Source of the DNA: Alphaproteobacteria bacterium | GTDB lineage: Bacteria; Pseudomonadota; Alphaproteobacteria; GCA-2731375 | Reading direction: 5' to 3' | Assembly (NCBI GenBank): GCA_965232515.1 | Contig: CBDDPY010000002.1 | Coordinates: forward strand, 2,944,001 to 3,008,000 | Length of the DNA stretch: 64,000 bases | Translations under genes and position numbers: made by a program | Notes under the pieces: generated by a model | The model's input: only the letters and a program-made list of their open reading frames with translations | The model's database searches: none | Told to the model about the DNA's origin: nothing | Shown: positions 58,545-64,000 of the stretch, one piece after another | Layout: every line of letters starts with the position of its first letter | Numbering within the stretch: position 1 is the stretch's first letter

Positions 58545-60419
58545 ATGATGCGTCACAAAGTTGCCATATTCTCCGCGTCCGTCGCTCGCCGCCGCCACGA
58601 TTCGACCAATTTTGGCTGGCTTGGGCTCGCCGCGTTCCTGGCCGCCATGTTGCTCTCGGCGCAGCTGTTCGCCGCCGCGAGCCTGGAGAAGTCGGGTCTG
58701 ACCAACGATGGCGATACGCCGTCGATCGTCGATGGCACCCCGCTGGTGCTGTCGCCCGACGATGTCGCCCGCTACCGCCGCATCTTCACGCTGCAGGAGG
58801 AAGGCCGCTGGAACCAGGCCGACCGTCAGATCCGGCAGTTGCGCAGCGATGCGCTGATGGGTCACGTGCTGTTTCAGCGTTACATGCATCCGACCAAGTA
58901 TCGTTCGCGCTATGTCGAGCTGAAGAAGTGGATGGATGCCTATGCCGACCTGCCCGACGCCGATCGGATTTTCCGCCTGGCGCTGAAGCGGCGTCCGGAC
59001 AATTACAAGGCGCCGTCGCGGCCGGTGCGGCCGAAGTCCTCCATGAGCTATGCCGACGTTGCGCCGGCCGGCCCGATCTACCGTTCGTCGCGCGCCCGCA
59101 GCAAGGAGACGCGCCGGCAGATCCGCAGCTTCAAGCGCCAGATCACCCGCAATCTCCGCCGCGACCGGCCGACCGCGGCCCTGAAGCTGCTGCGGCGCAA
59201 GGACGTCGCCAAGCTGCTCGACGAGGTCGAGCGGGATCAGGTCCTGGCCGAGATCGCCGCCTCCTACTTCGTCAATCGCGAGGACAAGAAGGCCTTCGAC
59301 TTCGCCGTCGATGCGGCAGAGCGCTCGCGCCATGTGGTGACAAAGGCCGATTGGACCGCCGGTCTCGCGGCCTGGCGCCTGCGCGACTTCAAGGCGGCGC
59401 AGAAGCATTTCGAGGCGCTGGCCAAGTCGGCCACGGCATCGCCCTGGGACGTCGCCGCCGGCGCTTTCTGGGCCGCGCGCGCCTACCTTGTCGACCGGCA
59501 ACCGGAGCAGGTGAATGGCCTGCTCGAGATCGCCGCGGTGCATACGCGCACGTTCTACGGCCAGATCGCCGCGCGGACGCTGGGCAAGGACACCGGCATT
59601 TCCTGGCACCGCCCGCCGTTGCGGCACACCGACGCCTCGCGCCTCCTGGACATTCCGGCCGTCGAGCGCGCCATCGCGCTGGCCCAGGTCGGCCAGCACC
59701 ACCTCGCCGACCGCGAGCTGCGCACCGCCTATCTGTCGTCCGACCGCTCGGTCGGCGTCGCTCTCCTGGGCCTCGCCAACCGGCTCGGCATCCCGGCGAC
59801 GCAGCTGCGCATGGCCCGCGGCGTCAAGGACGCCGACGGTCAGCCCTTCGACAGCGCGCTGTTCCCGGTGCCGCCGTGGCAGCCGGAAGGCGGCTTCAAA
59901 GTCGACCGGGCGCTGGTCTACGCCTTCATGCGGCAGGAATCGGGCTTCAACGTGCGGGCCAAGAGCCATGCCGGCGCCCGCGGCCTGATGCAGTTGATGC
60001 CGCGGACGGCCAGCTACATCGCCGGCGACCGCAGCCTGCGCGGCAGCGGCAAGGGCAAGCTGTTCTCGCCGGGCCTGAACATTGCGCTGGGCCAGAAGTA
60101 TCTCGGCTACCTGAACAACCACCCGGCCGTGCGCGGCAACCTGTTCATGATGGCCGTCGCCTATAACGGCGGCCCGGGCAACCTCGAGCGCTGGCTCAAG
60201 TCGACGCCGTACGAGGGCGACCCGCTCCTGTTCATCGAAAGCATCCCGTCCAAGGAGACCCGCACCTTCGTCGAGCGCGTGCTGACCAACTTCTGGATCT
60301 ACCGCGAGCGGCTGGGCCAGGACACGCCGTCATTGGATGCTGTTGCCACCGGACATTGGCCCTATTATCTGAAGCTTGACGACAGCACGCTCACGGTCGC
60401 AAGCAATGTCCAGAATTGA
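58545..60419 (+). CDS. Soluble lytic murein transglycosylase (SLT domain)
   Basis: RQESGF, GARGLMQLMP.TA, AYNGGPG, IESIP.KETR. Confidence 0.93.
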   Translation: MMRHKVAIFSASVARRRHDSTNFGWLGLAAFLAAMLLSAQLFAAASLEKSGLTNDGDTPSIVDGTPLVLSPDDVARYRRIFTLQEEGRWNQADRQIRQLRSDALMGHVLFQRYMHPTKYRSRYVELKKWMDAYADLPDADRIFRLALKRRPDNYKAPSRPVRPKSSMSYADVAPAGPIYRSSRARSKETRRQIRSFKRQITRNLRRDRPTAALKLLRRKDVAKLLDEVERDQVLAEIAASYFVNREDKKAFDFAVDAAERSRHVVTKADWTAGLAAWRLRDFKAAQKHFEALAKSATASPWDVAAGAFWAARAYLVDRQPEQVNGLLEIAAVHTRTFYGQIAARTLGKDTGISWHRPPLRHTDASRLLDIPAVERAIALAQVGQHHLADRELRTAYLSSDRSVGVALLGLANRLGIPATQLRMARGVKDADGQPFDSALFPVPPWQPEGGFKVDRALVYAFMRQESGFNVRAKSHAGARGLMQLMPRTASYIAGDRSLRGSGKGKLFSPGLNIALGQKYLGYLNNHPAVRGNLFMMAVAYNGGPGNLERWLKSTPYEGDPLLFIESIPSKETRTFVERVLTNFWIYRERLGQDTPSLDAVATGHWPYYLKLDDSTLTVASNVQN

Positions 60420-60954
60420 CGAGACGAAACCCTTCCACCCCGTCAACATCGCCGTCCTCACCGTCTCCGACAGCCGCGGCCTCGCCGACGACAAGTCGGG
60501 CGACCTGCTGGTCGGACGGCTAACGGAGGCCGGCCACACGCTCGCCGACCGGCAGATCGTCACCGACGATCAGGACCGTATCGTCGCGCAGCTCCGTGCC
60601 TGGATTGCCGATCCGTCGGTCGAGGTGGTGATCGCCACCGGCGGCACCGGCGTCACCGGCCGCGACGTCACGCCCGAGGCCTTCCATCAGGTCTACGAAA
60701 AGGAAATCGCCGGCTTCGGCGAGGTGTTCCGGATGATCAGCTACAAGTTCATCGGCACCTCGACGATCCAGTCGCGCGCGACAGCGGGCGTCGCCGGCGG
60801 CACCTATCTGTTCGCACTGCCCGGCTCGCCCGGCGCCTGCCGCGACGGTTGGGACCATATTCTGAAAGACCAGCTCGACATCCGTCACAAGCCCTGCAAC
60901 TTCGCCGAGCTGCTGCCGCGCCTGCGCGAGCACGAACAGCCGGCAGCGCAGTAA
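60406..60954 (+). CDS. moaB: Molybdenum cofactor biosynthesis protein B
   Basis: [34 protein letters not shown]. Confidence 0.95.
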   Translation: MSRIDETKPFHPVNIAVLTVSDSRGLADDKSGDLLVGRLTEAGHTLADRQIVTDDQDRIVAQLRAWIADPSVEVVIATGGTGVTGRDVTPEAFHQVYEKEIAGFGEVFRMISYKFIGTSTIQSRATAGVAGGTYLFALPGSPGACRDGWDHILKDQLDIRHKPCNFAELLPRLREHEQPAAQ

Positions 60955-60968
60955 AGCCTCGGAACCGT

Positions 60969-61568
60969 TCAAATCTCCGCCAGATAGCGCCGGTAGTCGT
61001 CGATCGTATCGACGTCGTTGAGTGTCTCCAGCAGGGCCGTGCGACAACCGTGCGGCAGGTTGCGCAGCGTGTCCGCCAGCGCGTGCTCCGTCGACCAGCG
61101 AACGTTCCGGAAGATATCGGGCCGGAGGGGCCGGCGCTTCAGGCCGACCAGCCAATAGCCGCCGTCGGCCGCCGGTCCGAACACCGCGTCGTGCGTCTCC
61201 AGCGCGGCGAAGGCGTCGACGATATGGTGATGGCGGATGTCGGGGATGTCGCTGCCGACAATCACGACCGGACCACGTGGCCGCGTTGCCATCACCCGGC
61301 CCATACGCACGCCAAGATCGCCTCGGCCTTGTGCGAACCGCGCTACGCGGCGCGGCCAATAACGGCCGTGCCGGCAGAATTCGTCCGGCGTCACGGCGAG
61401 CGACGTGTGCCAGCCCGGCTCGTCGCCGACGGTCCGCAACAGCCGGTCCGTGACCGTGCGGTAGAAGCGCCAGGCGGCGACCGGACCGATGGCTGCGGCC
61501 AAGCGTGTCTTCACGGTGCCGATGCGTGGTGCCTTCACGAACACGACCAGTTGTCGGCGCAGCCGCAT
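60969..61568 (-). CDS. TIGR04282/DUF2064 family nucleotidyltransferase-like protein
   Basis: FVKAP.IG.VKTRL, QGRGDLG.RM, IVGSDIP, GPAADGGYWL, DVDT..D. Confidence 0.88.
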   Translation of the reverse strand: MRLRRQLVVFVKAPRIGTVKTRLAAAIGPVAAWRFYRTVTDRLLRTVGDEPGWHTSLAVTPDEFCRHGRYWPRRVARFAQGRGDLGVRMGRVMATRPRGPVVIVGSDIPDIRHHHIVDAFAALETHDAVFGPAADGGYWLVGLKRRPLRPDIFRNVRWSTEHALADTLRNLPHGCRTALLETLNDVDTIDDYRRYLAEI

Positions 61569-61575
61569 CACATCG

Positions 61576-62268
61576 TCACCGGTAGATCCTGGCAATAGCG
61601 GCCGGCGGTACGCCGAGAAAGTAGAGGCTGAGGCAGGTGAGATTGCGCGCCGAGCGTCGGAGATAGCCTCCCCGGCGATAACGCGCCGCCGACGTCCATG
61701 CCTTGGCCTCGAGCATTGTCAGGCGTCGCCGACCGATCCGTCGCACGATGTCGACATCTTCCATCAGCGGCACGGCCTTGAAGCCGCCAAGACGATGGTA
61801 AAAGCCGCGCTCGATCAACAGCCCCTGGTCGCCATAGGGCAGCGCCAGCACCCGACAACGCCAGGCGACGATGCGCTCCAACCGCCGGGCCGCGGAATCG
61901 TCGTCGCGGAGCGCGAAGCGGAACACCGCCGCCCGCTCGGCATTCTGCGGCATGGCCATGAAATCGGCCGCTGCCCGTTCCCAGCCGGCCGCTAGTTGGG
62001 TGTCTGCATGCAGAAACAGCAGCCAATCGCCCGTCGCTGCCCCGCCTCCCTCGGCGAGCTGTTGGCCGCGCCCGGCCGGCGCCGCGATCACCCGGGCGCC
62101 CGACGCCGCCGCCACGGCGATGGTGTCGTCCGTCGAGCCGCCGTCGACGACGATAGTTTCCAACAGGAATCCGCCGGTTTTAGCCGCGTCCAGCGCCGCC
62201 AGACAGGGCGCCAGGACCGCCCCGGCGTTCAGAGTCGGAATGACCACGCTCAAGCTCGTTGCCGACAT
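61576..62268 (-). CDS. TIGR04283 family GT2 glycosyltransferase
   Basis: VVIPTLN, DGGSTD, FLHAD, PYGDQG, PLMEDV, TSAARY. Confidence 0.9.
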   Translation of the reverse strand: MSATSLSVVIPTLNAGAVLAPCLAALDAAKTGGFLLETIVVDGGSTDDTIAVAAASGARVIAAPAGRGQQLAEGGGAATGDWLLFLHADTQLAAGWERAAADFMAMPQNAERAAVFRFALRDDDSAARRLERIVAWRCRVLALPYGDQGLLIERGFYHRLGGFKAVPLMEDVDIVRRIGRRRLTMLEAKAWTSAARYRRGGYLRRSARNLTCLSLYFLGVPPAAIARIYR

Positions 62269-62297
62269 GGCCGGGATCATAGCCCGCTTGGGCGTAC

Positions 62298-62330
62298 TTG
62301 AATCGATTCGCAAATGTTCTTATTATGTTC
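62298..62330 (+). promoter_or_regulatory. Sigma-70-type promoter (TTGAAT-17-TATTAT) overlapped by alpha-type LexA box GTTC-N7-GTTC
   Basis: -35 at 62298-62303, -10 at 62321-62326; GTTC 62316-62319 and 62327-62330. Confidence 0.75.
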
Positions 62331-62333
62331 TCA

Positions 62334-63419
62334 ATGACCGAGCGGGCGAAAATCCACCCCCAAGGCCGCCGCGGACGCGGCGCCGTCAGCAACGCCAGCG
62401 GCCGCTTCGAGGCGACCCAGCGCGTCGCCACCGATGACGGCTGGGGCGTGCTCGACGCGGAGCCGCCGCCGCTCAGGACCAAGGTCATCCGCGACAGCTC
62501 GCGCACGGTGATCGCCACCAACCAATCGCCCGACATCGCCTTCGATCAGTCGATCAATCCCTATCGCGGTTGCGAGCATGGCTGCATCTACTGCTTCGCC
62601 AGGCCGACGCATGCCTTTCTCGGCCTGTCGCCCGGTCTCGATTTCGAAAGCACCCTGCTGATGAAACCCGACGCGCCGGCCCTGCTGGCGCGCGAGCTGC
62701 GACGGCCGCGCTACGCCTGCAAGGTCATCGCCATGGGCACCAACACCGATCCCTATCAGCCGCTGGAAAAGCGCATGCGCATCACGCGCGAGATCCTGAA
62801 GGTGCTGGACGCCTTCAACCACCCCGTCGGCATCGTCACCAAGTCGAACCTGATCGTCCGCGACCTCGACATCCTCGGACCGATGGCGCGTCGGGGCCTG
62901 GCCAAGGTCTGCGTCTCCGTGACCACGCTCGACCGGACGCTGGCGCGGCGCATGGAGCCGCGCGCGCCGACGCCGAACCGACGTCTCGAAGCCATCGCGG
63001 CGCTGCGCCGGGCCGGCGTGCCGACCGGCGTGATGGCGGCGCCCATGGTGCCGGCGCTGAACGATCCGGAGCTGGAGAACATCCTCGAGGCCGCGGCCGA
63101 GGCCGGCGCGACGGAGGCCGGCTACATCCTGCTGCGGCTGCCGCTGGAGATCAAAGACCTCTGGCGCGAATGGCTGGAGGAGAACTATCCCGACCGCGCC
63201 GCCCGCATCATGAGCCATATCCGCGCCGCCCGCGGCGGCAAGGACTATGACGCGCAATGGAACAAGCGGATGACCGGCGGCGGTCCCTACGCCGCGATGA
63301 TCGCCCGGCGCTTCAAGCTCGCGACCAAAAGGCTCGGCCTGAACGAGCGGCGCCTGAAGCTCGACACCAGCCAGTTCTGCCCGCCGCCCGAACAGGGCGA
63401 CCAGCTCAGCCTGCTATGA
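62334..63419 (+). CDS. PA0069-family radical SAM protein (spore photoproduct lyase-like)
   Basis: GRGAVSN.SGRF, SINPYRGCEHGCIYCFARPTH, TDPYQP, EPRA, C-terminal QLSL. Confidence 0.92.
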   Translation: MTERAKIHPQGRRGRGAVSNASGRFEATQRVATDDGWGVLDAEPPPLRTKVIRDSSRTVIATNQSPDIAFDQSINPYRGCEHGCIYCFARPTHAFLGLSPGLDFESTLLMKPDAPALLARELRRPRYACKVIAMGTNTDPYQPLEKRMRITREILKVLDAFNHPVGIVTKSNLIVRDLDILGPMARRGLAKVCVSVTTLDRTLARRMEPRAPTPNRRLEAIAALRRAGVPTGVMAAPMVPALNDPELENILEAAAEAGATEAGYILLRLPLEIKDLWREWLEENYPDRAARIMSHIRAARGGKDYDAQWNKRMTGGGPYAAMIARRFKLATKRLGLNERRLKLDTSQFCPPPEQGDQLSLL

Positions 63420-63498
63420 TGACTTGAACTGGATCAATCCGATCTGCCCGACGATTGGGCAGCATGCGGGTCGGACGGCAACCGAGGTCGCGGGCGCA

Positions 63499-64000
63499 AT
63501 GGCGGACACGGCGATGCAGGCGATGGTGCTCGACGCGCCGCACGGCGGCCTGGAGCGGCGCACCGTGCCGCGCCCCGAACCGGCCGCCGACCAGGTGCTG
63601 GTCAAGGTCTCGGCCTGCGCCGTCTGCCGCACCGACCTGCACGTGGTCGACGGCGACCTGACCGAGCCGAAGCTGCCGATCATCCCCGGCCACGAGATCG
63701 TCGGCCGCATCGTCGAGACCGGCAGGGACGTGACGCGCTTCCGCGGCGGCGACCGGGTCGGCATTCCCTGGCTCGGCTGGACCTGCGGCGCCTGCGACTA
63801 TTGCCGCGGCGGCCGCGAGAATCTGTGTCCGGAGGCGCGCTTCACCGGCTACCAGATCGACGGCGGCTACGCCGACTATGTCGTCGCCGACGCGCGCTAC
63901 GTGTTCCCGATCAGCGGATCCCACGACGACGCCGAGGCGGCCCCGCTGCTTTGCGCCGGCCTGATCGGCTACCGCACGCTGCGCATGGCCGGCGACGCAC
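63499..64000 (+). CDS. Zinc-dependent alcohol dehydrogenase (truncated by window end)
   Basis: Manual translation: ACAVCRTDLH, IPGHEIVG, CGACDYC...ENLC, APLLCAGLIG. Confidence 0.92.
   Translation, partial: MADTAMQAMVLDAPHGGLERRTVPRPEPAADQVLVKVSACAVCRTDLHVVDGDLTEPKLPIIPGHEIVGRIVETGRDVTRFRGGDRVGIPWLGWTCGACDYCRGGRENLCPEARFTGYQIDGGYADYVVADARYVFPISGSHDDAEAAPLLCAGLIGYRTLRMAGDA

Noticed and set aside
51329-63257. Long alternative-frame ORFs (e.g. 51329-53044, 58512-60122, 62331-63257)
   Set aside because: Arg/Ala/Gly-rich shadows of well-supported genes in high-GC DNA, with no motifs.
60969-63419. Arsenosugar biosynthesis operon
   Set aside because: Adjacent rSAM is PA0069/SPL-like, not ArsS; no arsM in the window.
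1-64000. CRISPR arrays, rRNA, tRNA, IS transposases
   Set aside because: No regularly spaced repeats, RNA-gene signatures or DDE transposase motifs seen by eye; tRNAscan/Infernal would be needed to exclude small RNAs.

Overview
Alphaproteobacterial chromosome segment (Rhodospirillales-like gene order; CtrA- and alpha-type LexA-like boxes). Left arm (1-8.6 kb, very GC-rich): glycan genes including a truncated UDP-sulfoquinovose synthase, neuC, an MBOAT/SGNH O-acyltransferase pair, a GMC oxidoreductase, an epimerase, an LPG-synthase-type flippase and a GT2. 8.9-13.4 kb: decayed phage/integrative-element relic (Rad52+DUF968, Gp157, XRE, DUF3489 pseudogenes). 13.8-42.7 kb: lower-GC, mosaic surface-glycan island with a WbpB-WbpD-like fusion, two DegT aminotransferases, two AsnB amidotransferases, a radical SAM/SPASM enzyme, one live and one dead formyltransferase, four live and one dead methyltransferases, GTs, a PglK-like ABC flippase, a GT-C-fold membrane transferase, a Wzy-like protein and Wzz. 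43-51 kb: group-4-capsule-type export module with an enlarged YjbH (four tandem copies of an ~85-aa domain), a multi-SLBB exporter, YjbF and three tandem GfcA/YjbE-like secreted mini-proteins with poly-Asp and Ser/Thr tails. 51-64 kb: core genes (DUF3108, hydrolase, ispE, TPR, ETF-QO, UDG, SLT, moaB, TIGR04282/04283, PA0069-type rSAM, ADH). The best candidate for an undescribed system is a mini-protein-anchored glycan coat (3x GfcA-like carriers + GT-C + PglK-like flippase + 4-repeat YjbH); this is an inference. All family calls are from motif recognition by eye; no database searches were run. No rRNA, tRNA or CRISPR array was seen.
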